The notes under the pieces: model-generated
Database searches by the model: none
What the model saw: only the letters and a program-made list of their open reading frames with translations
Told to the model about the DNA's origin: nothing
Shown here: positions 1-15,400 of the stretch, piece after piece
Position numbering within the stretch: position 1 is the first letter of the stretch
Layout: the number at the start of each line of letters is the position of its first letter
Assembly (NCBI RefSeq): GCF_964204865.1
Contig: NC_135256.1
Span: forward strand, 2,356,001 to 2,420,000
Length of the DNA: 64,000 nucleotides
Source of the DNA: Styela clava
Taxonomy: Eukaryota
Direction: 5' to 3'
Made by a program: the position numbers and the translations under genes

Positions 1-425
1 GTAAATGATTTCGTATTGCCTTTCTATTTGATCGAGAGAAGAACGATCGCCACATAGATTATTGTTTTCTGCAACATCACGAACCATCCGTTCTACCAAG
101 GTCGTTTTACCACTTCCTGCCTGGCCAACGATAGCTATGTGCCGATATTTATTTGAGTTGAGGCTTTGCAATATTTGTTTCAAATCCACCAATTTTCCTT
201 CATTGCCAAACTCTTTTGAAACACTGAATCCAACTTCCTTTTGATATTCTTTTTTCTTCGGTGCCATTTCACCACTGAAGAAATGAGATAGTTTTCGAAC
301 GCGAGGATTTGCTTCGAACTCTGGTTCGACCAGCCGTTGATCTTTGTACAAGTCGGTAACAGAACCCTTTGCTTTGCGGTATGCATCACGATTAACATCT
401 TTCTTGAATTTTGCTACGTATTTTT
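1..425 (-). CDS. 5' part of NACHT exon of paralog A
   Basis: Acceptor ttgcag| at 426-430. Open frame EKYVAKFKKDVNRDAYRK...RHIAIVGQAGSGKTTLVERMVRD...YEIIY with Walker A. About 16 differences in 142 aa versus the exon at 50698. Confidence 0.92.
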
Positions 426-3400
426 CTGCAATTTTTCAAAAATTAATTTTTACTATTGCATCCTATTCCGAAAAACATGAGATATGACAGGGATGGTCAA
501 CCTGTTTTCAATCGCAATCGACTAAAATCTACAAAATAGTTCGTGTCATGCTGTAAAATAAATGAGTACGGAATATGCAGATAACTGCACACACACAGAC
601 GAAAAATTCCACCGCTGCCAATAAATTCGGCTCTGTGGGAGAATTTTTAATTCAATCGCCACACAATTTGTATCTTTCATGCTTTGTAACTTTAATTTTG
701 TAATTGTACCCGGAGTATTTTATCATCATTTATTTATGATTTATTCGATTCATACAATTCGGCCCGCAATATAATCCGGCCCACGACTTCACTGGATTAT
801 ATTAACAAAACAACTGTTTTGACGATCATAACTTTACGTAACATATTTTATTGTGATACACGTGTAGACTGAATTATATTATAACCTAACAAGTATATAA
901 TTTACAATCACTCGTTTAATGAGCCTATAAATTGATTATAATTAGACAAATGACAACAGAACGTAAAAAAGTTGATGCTGAGTGCAAATGGTTTAATGGC
1001 GCAGAAAATATTCAAATGATCAGTCTTAGCGCGCTGCTTGAAATTTAATTGAAATCAGTGTGAAAAAATGTGATTCATTGGCCATTCCCTCAGTTTTTAA
1101 CTTTCTAAAAATATTTGCGGCCCGCCAATAACTTGCAACCTTCAATTTTGGCCGCGAACGACAAAAGTTTGCCGAAAGTTGATTTAGAAAGAGCATTACT
1201 GGCACACATACCCGTGGGTCTATATCCACTAGATGTTGCAAGAGACTAGTCATCTTCTGACTTTGGGTTAGAACCACGTGTTCTCAGTTGCGTTCTTCGC
1301 ATACTGTCGCGTTAGGCTGATTGCCCTCTTAGCAGTTCTTAGTTGGTTCTAGCTCTACCAACATGGACTTATATTTGTAATTGATTCGTGTTCAGGTATA
1401 ACGATTATTAGCTTTCGTACAGTTCAAAAGTTTATTGGTACTGCATTTGTTTGTACCCATGTGACACTAAAATTAATTACCGGATTTTCCGACTGTTACA
1501 CGTTGTTCAAGTTATAATACATTTGATTGATCTAGTCAAGTAGACTGTTGTTTATGGGGATTTGGAGAAAACAGGCTGTAATATTCGCTACTGAAGGTGC
1601 CGCCTCGTCCCATCATAATAAGAAAAAGACCGCGTCGAAACGTTTATTTTTAGTATCAACATTTGAGGCACACTGTAAGTCCAAGTCAACACTGTTTTAG
1701 AGTTCGCAGCGTGACCAACACTACATGCTATTTTCCTATTCAGCCGAAGACAATTCGCAACGCAGCTTCATCACTGATATTTAAAACATATAACAATTCA
1801 AAGTGAAACACATTAAAGGCATGATAATAAGACTTGATTTAAAAAGGTTTTCTTAAAAGGAAAAAGAAAATTTTAGTGTCTGCTGCTGAGTGTTCATGTC
1901 CATATGTTTTTTAGCGTCTCAGCTGTCGCTCACCTATCTACGCTTCTCAAAAATGTCTGGAGCTTGGTACTTTAAATAGGTATTTTTCTTAGAACTCTTT
2001 TCTCGGTTTTGTACAGAAAATGAGCTTGAACGATATTAATCTAACAGATTGTTAAATTCTTCACCATTGCACACCTTCAAATGCTTAAATGCACGACTAA
2101 CCCATTTAAACGACCTGTTCGGCTGTGAGTTGCCCATTTGTCGTACCGGCCAGAGCCTTGAGAATTCTCGAACAAGATAAAAAAAAATCTCAAGTTTTGA
2201 CCAATAAATTTCTACCAATATGTATTTCACTGCACATCGTGCTAAGCGTTAGTAATACGCTCACCACTGTACCTCTGAATACCCTGCGTGGGTTCCCAGG
2301 TTTGAATCTTATGTGCGAGATAATTTGCTCGATGCCGCCATAAGGTGGTTCTCGTAACCGCTGGTGGGTTACGGCTATCAAGTTCATGCTTTCAGGTACA
2401 AATAACTGACTAACTATTCTTATATCCGACATGGACTGATAACTGGATGAGAAGCCATGGTTCGCCATATGATGAAGCCATCAAATCGGCTTTCTTCTCC
2501 CCGGAATAAATATGTAAACCCTATCCTAGAAAAGCAGCATTTCGCCTAAAAATGATAAGATTTGGTTGGAATGTAGCATGACTTCAGCAGGCAGATCCTA
2601 CAAAACTAAAATATGTTGATGCATCTGCTTTCTGTTGGCAGAAAATCTTAGATAAAGTAGAGTTTAACTAATAACAACAGCGAATAATAATTAAATACCG
2701 AAATGAACAATGCTCACCCTTCTTCTTTTTCTTCTTCTTTGTTGGTGAGACGCCCACTAGTGCCGGGATATTTCCTAAAGTCATCGGTTGCATGTTTGCT
2801 CCCGTTCCCACTGTGAAAGCAATGAGATTTGAGTTTTTGACTGAAGGTTTGACTGAAGTTAACGTTCAAGTTCATTCATTCATTCCTTCATATTTTCTCC
2901 CAAAATTTAGCGAAAATTTCGTAGAATATTTCATTATCTTGTTTGACATTTCTAAATTAATGAAACAGCGTCGGCACGCTTTATGTAGAATTAAGAGTTG
3001 AAACGACGGGTAAATCTGTCTCCTAAAATTTTGTTGGTTTTGCATGCTTGTAAAAGCCGTGGGCAAATCTCCCGGAATTCAAGGGATCATGTAGTGGAGC
3101 GCGAGACCCGTTTCTAAGCAAAACGGTGTAGGTCCTGGAGTCCGGCCGTAACGGATATTTGAAAAGTAAAATAACATTTTACAATTTTGAGAGAATACCA
3201 AAGTCAAAAGGTTATTGTGACGTAACAATGTATCAACACGGCGCCGTATTTCTTGGTTGACGATCCAATTTCGCCCTACCCAAAATTATAGAAAGTATCC
3301 GCTGTTGTCAATTAGACGTTATTGTTCGCATATATCAAATGACTTGATTTAGAATTTTGTGTTGTGGTGATGAATTTTTGAAAATCAAGTCTATTCACTT

Positions 3401-6400
3401 AAGTAACACCAGTTCCAACAGCAAACTATTCATATAATCTGACATACCGTAAGTGGCAGGCATCACATACACTGTTCTAATCTGAATATTCGTTGCTTTC
3501 ATTTCCCCAACAGTAGCATCAGTTATATTGGTTTCTAAAAAATAAGTTCAATTTTCAAAGTTTCTGCTTTGAATCTCACAAATAATATGATAGGTATGTG
3601 TTTACATTGTGTATCCATTTCATACACGATGGCCTGCGTATTGTCAAGGGTTAAATTATATATTTGGCAAATGAGAATATATGACCAGATAACTGAACAT
3701 GATAACCTATGACCAGGCAACTGCGAACAACATGTGGGATATGTGCGCTGTGAGTTAGACTCGAAATAGAGAAACTAGTTCCAATGATCTGGATTATATA
3801 TTTGGTTGCACACATTAATTGATAAAGCAAGTTTATCAAGTGAGTCACCTAGAGGTTATTATGTTATATTGAAAATGAAAATGCATACGTAACATCTTGG
3901 TACGTTATAGCTTGTTTATATAAATACGCTAAGCAATTAAAAATTTTTTTTTTGCTGAATCTACATGTATCTTTATATAGGTACCAATGAATATTATTAG
4001 TTTGACCCTTATTTGGAAAAATATTTTTAATTTTTAATCATACCAGTTATGTTGGTTTGTTGCAAAGTCTCTGCCGAGATATGAGCTTCGGTTGCGGAGA
4101 GAGTTGCCTCTACTGTTTGGACAGTTGCCCTTTGCGACGCTATTTCTGTATGTTCAGAGATCACCGAAACATCTTTCGCAGTTTCTATTCTCATATCTTG
4201 AACAGCAGCCCCGGTAATGCTGGTTTCTGGAAATGAAAGTACAGGTTTCTTTAATAAAAGTTACAAAATCAATTTTTGCAATCCAACATTTTTCGATTTT
4301 TTCATGGTTTTGTTATTTTGTGTATGTCTACTGCGTATCCAAGCATGCTGGGGAAATAAACTACTGATCACTAACTAAGGCTCGATAGAAACATTCATGC
4401 TAACCAAACCATGAATCCAAATCCACAGCCCCAATCGTTGCTATAATTTATGGCTAAAACATTTTATATTTAATACCCAAGAAATACGACGAATAAAAAT
4501 AAAAATTTATTTTTCGACTAGGGTGAGTGAAAATTTAAATAAATACTCTAAATGAGGGGGTGTGCACAGTAGATTAGGGTGAATAAAAATTTAACTAAAT
4601 AGTTAAAGAGAGGGGATGTTCACAGTATGTTAGGGTGAGTAAAAACTTGACTAAATACCTAAAGTGAGGGGTTGTTCACAGTAGGTTTGGGTGAGTAAAA
4701 ATTTAACTAAATACTGAAAGTGAGGGGGTGTACACAGTAGGTTGGGATGAGTGAAAATTTAAATAAATACTCAAAATGAAGGGGTGTACACAGTAGGTTT
4801 GGGTGAATAAAAATTTCTCTAAATAGTTAAAGTGAAGGGGTGTACACAGTAGGTTAGGGTGAGAAAAAATTTAACTAAATACTTAAAGTGAGGGGGTGTA
4901 CACAGTAGGTTAGGGTGAGTGAAAATTTAAAAAAAAACTAAAAATGAGGGGGTGTACACAGTATGTTAGGGTGAGTAAAAACTTGACTAAATACTTGAAG
5001 TGAGGGGATGTTCAGAGTAGGTTCGGGTGAGTAAAAATTTACCTAAATACTGAAAGTGAGGGGGTGTACACAGTAGATTAGGGTGAGTGAAAATTTAAAT
5101 GAATACTCAAAATTAGGGGGTGTACACAGAAGGTTAGGGGGAATAAAAATTTATCTAAATAGGTAAAGTGAGGGGGTGTTCACAGTAGGTTAGGGTGAGT
5201 ATAAATTTGGCTAAATACTGAAAGTGAGGGGGGTACACAGTAAGTTAAGGTGAGTAAAAATTTACATAAATATTGAAAGTGAGGGGGTGTTCACAGTAGG
5301 TTAGGGTGAGTATAAATTGCACTCTAAATACTTAAAGTGAGGGGATGTTCACAGTAGGTTAGGGTGAATAAAAATTTAACTAAATACTTAAAGTGAGGGG
5401 GTGTTCACAGTAGGTTAGGAGAGTGCAAACTTAACTAAATACATCAAGTGAGGGGGTGTTCACAGTAGGTTAAGGTGAGTAAAAACTTGACTAAATACTT
5501 AAAGTGAGGGGGTGTTCACAGTAGGTTAGGGTGAGTAAAAACTTGACTAAATACTTAAGTTGAGAGGATGTTCACAGTAGGTTAGGGTGGGTAAAAATTC
5601 AACTCTAAATACTAAACGTGAGAGGGTGTTCACAGTAGGTTAGGGTGAGTAAAACTTGACTGAATACTTAAAGTGAGGGGAAGTTCACAGTAGGTTAGGG
5701 TGAGTAAAAATTTAACTCTAAATACTAAAAGTGAGGGGGTGTTCACAGTAGGTTCGGGTGAGTAAAAATTTACCTGAATACTGAAAGTGAGGGGGTGTAC
5801 ACAGTAGATTAGGGTGAGTGAAAATTTAAATGAATACTCAAAATTAGGGGGTGTACACAGTAGGTTAGGGTGAACAAAAATTTATCTAAATAGGTAAAGT
5901 GAGGGGGTGTTCACAGTAGGTTAGGGTGAGTATAAATTTGGCTAAATACTGAAAGTGAGGGGGTGTTCACAGTAGGTTAAGGTGATTAAAAACTTGAATA
6001 AATACTTAAAGTGAGGGGATGTTCACAGTAGGTTAGGGAGAGTAAAAATTTAACTAAATATTGAAAGTGAGGGGGTTTTCACAGTAGGTTAAGGTGAGTA
6101 AAAACTTAACTGAATACTCAAAGTGAGGGAATGTTCACAGTAGGTTAGGGTGAGTAAAAATTTAACTAAATATTAAAAGTGAGGGGGTGTTCACAGTAGG
6201 TTAGGGTGAGTAAAAACTTGAATAAATACTTAAAGTGAGGGGAAGTTCACAGTAGGTTAGGGTGAGTAAAAATTTACCTAAATATTGAAAGTGAGGGGGT
6301 GTTCACAGTAGGTTAGGGTGAGTATAAATTTAACTCTAAATACTTAAAGTGAGGGGATAATCACAGTAGGTTAGGGTGAATAAAAATTTAACTAAATACT

Positions 6401-9400
6401 GAAAGTGAGGGGGTGTTCACAGTAGGTTAGGGTGAGTGCAAACTTAACTAAATACATCAAGTGAGGGGGTGTTCACAGTAGGTTAAGGTGAGTAAAAACT
6501 TGACTAAATACTTAAAGTGAGGGGGTGTTCACAGTAGGTTAGGGTGAGTAAAAACTTGACTAAATACTTAAATTGAGAGATGTTCACAGTAGGTTAGGGT
6601 GGGTAAAAATTCAACTCTAAATACTAAACGTGAGAGGGTGTTCACAGTAGGTTAGGGTGAGTAAAAACTTGACTAAATACTTAAAATGAGGGGGTGTTCA
6701 CAGTAGGTTAGGGTGAGTATAAATTTAACTGAATACTGAAAGTGAGGGGAAGTTCACAGTAGGTTAGGGTGGGTAAAAATTCAACTCTAAATACTAAACG
6801 TGAGAGGGTGTTCACAGTAGGTTAGGGTGAGTATAAATTTAACTAAATACTGAAAGTGAGGGGAAGTTCACAGTAGGTTAGGGTGAGTAAAAATTTAACT
6901 CTAAATACTAAAAGTGAGGGGGTGTTCACAGTAGGTTAGGGTGGGTAAAAACTTGACTAAATACTTAAAGTGAGGGGGTGTACACAGTAGGTTAGGGTGA
7001 GTGAAAATTCAAATGAATACTCAAAATGAGGGGGTGTACACATTAGGTTAGGGTGAATAAAAAATTAACTAAATAGTTTAAGTGAGGGGAAGTTCACAGT
7101 AGGTTAGGGTGAGTAAAAATTAAACTCTAAATACTAAAAGTGAGGGGGTGTTCACAGTAGATTAGGAAGAGTATAAACTTAACTAAATACTTAAAGTGAG
7201 GGGGTGTTGACACTAGGTTAGGGTGAGTATAAATTTAACTAAATATTAAAAGTTAGGGGGTGTTCACACTAGGTTAGGGTGAGTATAAATTTAACTAAAT
7301 ACTGAAAGTGAGGGGGTGTTCACACTAGGTTAGGGTGAGTAAAAATTTAACTAAATACTGAAAGTGAGGGGGTGTTCACACTAGGTTAGGGGGAGTATAA
7401 ACTTAACTAAACATTGAAATATGGAAGCACAATAACTTAGATCAGTCTTTCCCAACCAAGGAGGAGTTTTTTTGACAGAATAGAAAACAGGAATGTGACA
7501 TTGTATTTAGATAATTTTAGATTCGAATATTTCCATAAATAGGGAACAAATAATATTTAAGAGAAAGAAAATATCAAAAAAGTGGCGAGTTAATGGTTTA
7601 GAACCATATTCTGTAAAATATGTAGAAAACTTTTAAACAATCATACCATTTATGTTGGTTTGTTGCAAAGTCTCTGCAGAGATATGAGCTACTGCGGCAG
7701 AAAGAGTTGCCTCTACTGTTTGAACAGTTGCCATTTGCGACGCTACTTCTGTATGTTCAGAAATCACCGAAACATCATTCGCACTTTCTATGCTCATATC
7801 TTGAACAGCAATCCCGGTAATGCTGGTTTCTGGAAATGAAAGAACAGTTTTTTTTTGATAAAGTTACAAAATCAATTTTTGCAATCCTACATTTTTCGAT
7901 TTTTTTATGGTTTTATTACTTTATGTATGTTTACTGCGTATCCAAGCATGCTGGGGAAATAAACTACTGATTACTAACTAAGGCTCGGTAGGAACGTTCA
8001 TTCCAACCAAACCATGACTCCGAATCTACAGCCCTGATTGTTGCTATAATTTATGGCTAAAACATTTTATATTTAATACCCAAGATATACAACGAATAAA
8101 TATAAAAATTTATTTTTCGACTAATCAATAATTAGACTAGAATATCGGTCAGAGACCAAAGACTTATCGATCGAAACTGCGGTTTCGATTCATGACTCTA
8201 CAGTGACACCGCGTGTCCCATCACTAATTAATTAATAACTCGCTAATTATATGACATAATTCATCCAAAATCAATAGGCTTCTGGTCCGAGATATGGTGA
8301 AAGCACATGCAACATTGGGAACAGATTCAACTTCGCTTTCGTGAGATACCGCGTGCATCTAACAGACAGACAGACAAATACCTATCAACAAACTTACCGA
8401 TCTTAGGATCGATCACAGTTGGTTAAGGTGGGTAATAATTTAACTAAATACTGAAAGTGAGGGAGTGTTCACTGTAGGTTAAGGTGAGTAATGATTTACC
8501 TAAATACTGAAAGTGAGGGGGTGTTCACAGTAGGTTAGGATGAGTATAAATTTACCAAAATACTCAAAGTGAGGGGGTGTTCACACTAGGTTAGAGTGAG
8601 TAAAAATTTAACTAACTATTGAAATATGAAAGCACGATGAATTAGATTAGTCTTTTCCAACCAAGGAGGAGTTTTTTGACATAGAGGAAAACAGGTATGT
8701 TACTTTGTATTTAGATAATTTTAGATTTAAATGTTTTCATAAATAGGGACCAAATAATATTCAAATGAAGGAATATATCAAAAAGGTGGCAAATTACTGG
8801 TCTAGGACCCTTTTTTGTTGAAGATGTAGAAAACTTTTAAACAATCATACCAGTTATGTTGGTTTGTTGCAAATTCTCTGCAGAGATATGAGCTTCTGTT
8901 GCTGAAAGAGCCGCCTCTACTGTTTGGACAGTTGCCATTTGCGACGCTATTTCTGTCTGTTCAGAGATCACCGAAACATCTTTCGCACTTTCTATGCTCA
9001 TATATTGAACAGCAGCCCCGGTAATGCTGGTTTCTGGAAATGAAAAAACAGATTTCTTTGATGAAAGTTACAAAATCAGATTTTGCAATCCGACCTTACT
9101 CAATTTTTTTATGGTTATATTACTTTGTGTATGTCTACTGCATATCCAAGCTTAAACTACTGATTACTAACTGAGGCTCGGTAGGAACGTTCATTCCAGC
9201 TAAACCTTGACTCCGAAAATGTATCGAATGTTAGAAACAGAATTTCCATGAATAGGGATGTTGTAATAGACAAGAAAAGGAATATATTAAAAAAGATGGC
9301 GAATCACTGGTTTAGAACTTTATTCCGCACAATATATAGAAAACATTAAACAATCATACCGTTTATTTTGGTTTGTTGCAAAGTCTCTGCAGATATATGA

Positions 9401-12400
9401 GCTTCCGCTGCAGAGAGAGTTGCCTCTACTGTTTGGACAGTTGCCTTTTGCGAGGCTATTTCTGTATGTTCAGAGATCACCGAAACATCTTTTGCACTTT
9501 CTATGCTCATATCTTGTATGACAGCCCCGGTAATGCTGGTTTCTGAAAATTAAAGAACAGATTTCATTAATAAATGTAACAAAATCACTTTTTGCAATTC
9601 AACGTGTTTCCATTTTTTTATGGTTCTATTACTTTGTGTATTTCTACTGCGTATCCAAGCATGCTGGGGAAATAAACTACTGATTACTAACTAAGGTTTG
9701 GTAGGAACGTTCATTCCAACCAAACCATAACTCAGAATCTAGAGCCCTGATTGTTACTATAATTTATGGCTAGTACATTGTACAAATACTAGAAATAATT
9801 TAATGAGTACTCTAGAAATTCAAGGAATAAAAATATATTTTTTGATTGATCAATAATTAGACAAGAAATCTTCTACGGGATACGATTAATTTGGGTAATT
9901 TTCCTGAAATAAAAGAAGTTCTGAGTCACTAAATAAAACTAGTTTAAACATTTGAGCATGATAGATTAGACCAACGTCTTTTTCCAGATAAAAAAAACAT
10001 AAATTTAGTGCAATTTTACTAGCATTTTTTAATTTCCAAGAATATTACAATGCATACATATTCATTCATAATTTTTCAACTATTCAAACCATGCAAAATC
10101 CAAAGTGCAAGTTGCATTAGCTGAATATCTGTTGAAATTTGAATGACGGAAACAAGAATTTTCATGAATAGGGAGGGACTACTAAAGAAATTTAAAGGAT
10201 AAAAATGAAAAAAATATATAAAAAAAAGTGGCGAAGCACTGGTTCATAACCATATTCTGTAAAATATGTAGAAAACTTTCAAACGATCATACCAGTTATG
10301 TTGGTTTGTTGCAAAGTCTCTGCAGAGATATGAGCTTCTGCGGCAGAAAGAGTTGCCTCTACTGTTTGGACAGTTGCCTTTTGCGACGCTATTTCTGTAT
10401 TTTCAGAAATCACCGAAACATCTTTCGCACTTTCTATGCTCATATCTTGAACAGCAGCCCCGGTAATGCTGGTTTCTGAAAATGAAAGAACAGTTTTTTT
10501 TTGATAAAGTTACAAAATCAATTCTTGCAATCCAACATTTTTCGATTTTTTTATGGTTTTATTACTATATGTATGTTTACTGCGTATCCAAGCATGCTGG
10601 GGAAATAAACTACTGATTACTAACTAAGGCTCGGTAGGAACGTTCATTCCAACCAAACCATGACTCCGAATCTACAGCCCTGATTGTTGCTATAATTTAT
10701 GGCTAAAACATTTTATATTTAATACCCAAGAAATACAACGAATAAATATAAAAATTTATTTTTCGACTAATCAATAATTAGACTAGAATATCGGTCAGAG
10801 ATCAAAGACATATCGATCAAAACTGCGGTTTCGATTCATCACTCTACAGTGACACCGCGTGTCCCATCACTAATTAATTAATAACTCGCTAATTATATGA
10901 CATATTTCATCCAAAATCAATAGGCTTCTGGTCCGAGATATTATGAAAGCACATGCAACATTGGGAGCAGATTCAACTTCGCTTTCGTGAGATACCGCGT
11001 GCATCTAACAGACAGACAGACAAATACCTATCAACAAACTTACCGATCTTAGGATCGATCACAGTTGGTTAAGGTGAGTAATAATTTAACTAAATACTGA
11101 AAGTGAGGGAGTGTTCACTGTAGGTTAAGGTGAGTAATGATTTACCTAAATACTGAAAGTGAGGGGGTGTTCACAGTAGGTTAGGGTGAGTATAAATTTA
11201 CCAAAATACTCAAAGTGAGGGGGTGTTCCCACTAGGTTAGAGTGAGTAAAAATTTAACTAACTATTGAAATATGAAAGCACGATGAATTAGATTAGTCTT
11301 TTCCAACCAAGGAGGAGTTTTTTGACATAGAGGAAAACAGGTATGTTACTTTGTATTTAGATAATTTTAGATTTAAATGTTTTCATAAATAGGGAACAAA
11401 TAATATTCATAAGAAGGAATATATCAAAAAAGTGGCAAATTACAGGTCTAGGACCCTTTTTTGTTGAAGATGTAGAAAACTTTTAAACAATCATACCAGT
11501 TATGTTGGTTTGTTGCAAATTCTCTGCAGAGATATGAGCTTCTGTTGCTGAAAGAGCCGCATCTACTGTTTGGACAGTTGCCATTTGCGACGCTATTTCT
11601 GTCTGTTCAGAGATCACCGAAACATCTTTCGCACTTTCTATGCTCATATATTGAACAGCAGCCCCGGTAATGCTGGTTTCTGGAAATGAAAAAACAGATT
11701 TCTTTGATGAAAGTTACAAAATCAGATTTTGCAATCCGACCTTACTCAATTTTTTTATGGTTATATTACTTTGTGTATGTCTACTGCATATCCAAGCTTA
11801 AACTACTGATTACTAACTGAGACTCGGTAGGAACGTTCATTCCAGCTAAACCTTGACTCCGAAAATGTATCGAATGTTAGAAACAGAATTTCCATGAATA
11901 GGGATGTTGTAATAGACAAGAAAAGGAATATATTAAAAAAGATGGCGAATCACTGGTTTAGAACTTTATTCCGCACAATATATAGAAAACATTAAACAAT
12001 CATACCGTTTATTTTGGTTTGTTGCAAAGTCTCTGCAGATATATGAGCTTCCGCTGCAGAGAGAGTTGCCTCTACTGTTTGGACAGTTGCCTTTTGCGAG
12101 GCTATTTCTGTATGTTCAGAGATCACCGAAACATCTTTTGCACTTTCTATGCTCATATCTTGTATGACAGCCCCGGTAATGCTGGTTTCTGAAAATTAAA
12201 GAACAGATTTCATTAATAAATGTAACAAAATCACTTTTTGCAATTCAACGTGTTTCCATTTTTTTATGGTTCTATTACTTCGTGTATTTCTACTGCGTAT
12301 CCAAGCATGCTGGGGAAATAAACTACTGATTACTAACTAAGGTTCGGTAGGAACGTTCATTCCAACCAAACCATAACTCAGAATCTAGAGCCCTGATTGT

Positions 12401-15400
12401 TGCTATAATTTATGGCTAGTACATTGTACAAATACTAGAAATAATTTAATAAGTACTCTAGAAATTCAAGGGATAAAAATATATTTTTTGATTGATCAAT
12501 AATTAGACAAGAAATCTTCTACGGGATACGATTACTTTGGGTAATTTTCCTGAAATAAAAGAAGTTCTGAGTCACTAAATAAAACTAGTTTAAACATTTG
12601 AGCATGATAGATTAGACCAGCGTCTTTTTCCAGATAAAAAAAACATAAATTTAGTGCAATTTTACTAGCATTTTTTAATTTCCGAGAATATTACAATGCA
12701 TACATATTCATTCATAATTTTTCAACTATTCAAACCATGCAAAATCCAAAGTGCAAGTTGCATTAGCTGAATATCTGTTGAAATTTGAATGACGGAAACA
12801 AGAATTATCATGAATAGGGAAGGACTACTAAAGAAATTTAAAGGATAAAAATGAAAAAAATATATAAAAAAAAAAGTGGCGAAGCACTGGTTCATAACCA
12901 TATTCTGTAAAATATGTAGAAAACTTTCAAACGATCATACCAGTTATGTTGGTTTGTTGCAAAGTCTCTGCAGAGATATGAGCTTCTGCGGCAGAAAGAG
13001 TTGCCTCTACTGTTTGGACAGTTGCCTTTTGCGACGCTATTTCTGTATTTTCAGAAATCACCGAAACATCTTTCGCACTTTCTATGCTCATATTTTGAAC
13101 AGCAGCCCCGGTAATGCTGGTTTCTGGAAATGAAAGAACAGTTTTTTTTTGATAAAGTTACAAAATCAATTTTTGCAATCCAACATTTTTCGATTTGTTT
13201 ATGGTTTTATTACTTTATGTATGTTTACTGCGTATCCAAGCATGCTGGGGAAATAAACTACTGATTACTAACTAAGGCTCGGTAGGAACGTTCATTCCAA
13301 CCAAACCATGACTCCGAATCTACAGCCCTGATTGTTGCTATAATTTATGGCTAAAACATTTTATATTTAATACCCAAGAAATACAACGAATAAATATAAA
13401 AATTTATTTTTCGACTAATCAATAATTAGACTAGAATATCGGTCAGAGACCAAAGACTTATCGATCGAAACTGCGGTTTCGATTCATGACTCTACAGTGA
13501 CACCGCGTGTCCCATCACTAATTAATTAATAACTTGCTAATTATATGACATAATTCATCCAAAATCAATAGGCTTCTGGTCCGAGATATGATGAAAGCAC
13601 ATGCAACATTGGGAGCAGATTCAACTTCGCTTTCGTGAGATACCGCGTGCATCTAACAGACAAACAGACAAATACCTATCAACAAACCTACCGATCTTAG
13701 GATCGATCACAGTTGGTTAAGGTGAGTAATAATTTAACTAAATACTGAAAGTGAGGGAGTGTTCACTGTAGGTTAAGGTGAGTAATGATTTACCTAAATA
13801 CTGAAAGTGAGGGGGTGTTCACAGTAGGTTAGGGTGAGTATAAATTTACCAAAATACTCAAAGTGAGGGGGTGTTCACACTAGGTTAGAGTGAGTAAAAA
13901 TTTAACTAACTATTGAAATATGAAAGCACGATGAATTAGATTAGTCTTTTCCAACCAAGGAGGAGTTTTTTGACATAGAGGAAAACAGGTATGTTACTTT
14001 GTATTTAGATAATTTTAGATTTAAATGTTTTCATAAATAGGGACCAAATAATATTCAAAAGAAGGAATATATCAAAAAGGTGGCAAATTACTGGTCTAGG
14101 ACCCTTTTTTGTTGAAGATGTAGAAAACTTTTAAACAATCATACCAGTTATGTTGGTTTGTTGCAAATTCTCTGCAGAGATATGAGCTTCTGTTGCTGAA
14201 AGAGCCGCCTCTACTGTTTGGACAGTTGCCATTTGCGACGCTATTTCTGTCTGTTCAGAGATCACCGAAACATCTTTCGCACTTTCTATGCTCATATATT
14301 GAACAGCAGCCCCGGTAATGCTGGTTTCTGGAAATGAAAAAACAGATTTCTTTGATGAAAGTTACAAAATCAGATGTTGCAATCCGACCTTACTCAATTT
14401 TTTTAATGGTTATATTACTTTGTGTATGTCTACTGCATATCCGAGCTTAAACTACTGATTACTAACTGAGGCTCGGTAGGAACGTTCATTCCAGCTAAAC
14501 CTTGACTCCGAAAATGTATCGAATGTTAGAAACAGAATTTCCATGAATAGGGATGTTGTAATAGACAAGAAAAGGAATATATTAAAAAGGATGGCGAATC
14601 ACTGGTTTCGAACTTTATTCCGCACAATATATAGAAAACATTAAACAATCATACCGTTTATTTTGGTTTGTTGCAAAGTCTCTGCAGATATATGAGCTTC
14701 CGCTGCAGAGAGAGTTGCCTCTACTATTTGGACAGTTGCCTTTTGCGAGGCTATTTCTGTATGTTCAGAGATCACCGAAACATCTTTTGCACTTTCTATG
14801 CTCATATCTTGTATGACAGCCCCGGTAATGCTGGTTTCTGAAAATTAAAGAACAGATTTCATTAATAAATGTAACAAAATCACTTTTTGCAATTCAACGT
14901 GTTTCCATTTTTTTATGGTTCTATTACTTTGTGTATTTCTACTGCGTATCCAAGCATGCTGGGGAAATAAACTACTGATTACTAACTAAGGTTCGGTAGG
15001 AACGTTCATTCCAACCAAACCATAACTCAGAATCTAGAGCCCTGATTGTTGCTATAATTTATGGCTAGTACATTGTACAAATACTAGAAATTATTTAATA
15101 AGTACTCTAGAAATTCAAGGAATAAAAATATATTTTTTGATTGATCAATAATTAGACAAGAAATCTTCTACGGGATACGATTACTTTGGGTAATTTTCCT
15201 GAAATAAAAGAAGTTCTGAGTCACTAAATAAAACTAGTTTGAACATTTGAGCATGATAGATTAGACCAGCGTCTTTTTCCAGATAAAAAAAACATAAATT
15301 TAGTGCAATTTTACTAGCATTTTTTAATTTCCGAGAATATTACAATGCATACATATTCATTCATAATTTTTCAACTATTCAAACCATGCAAAATCCAAAG

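Noticed and set aside
4519-7416. Interstitial telomere, or array of GTGAGT splice donors
   Set aside because: Only one TTAGGG per 56-bp unit rather than (TTAGGG)n. The donor-like motif is antisense to the host gene.
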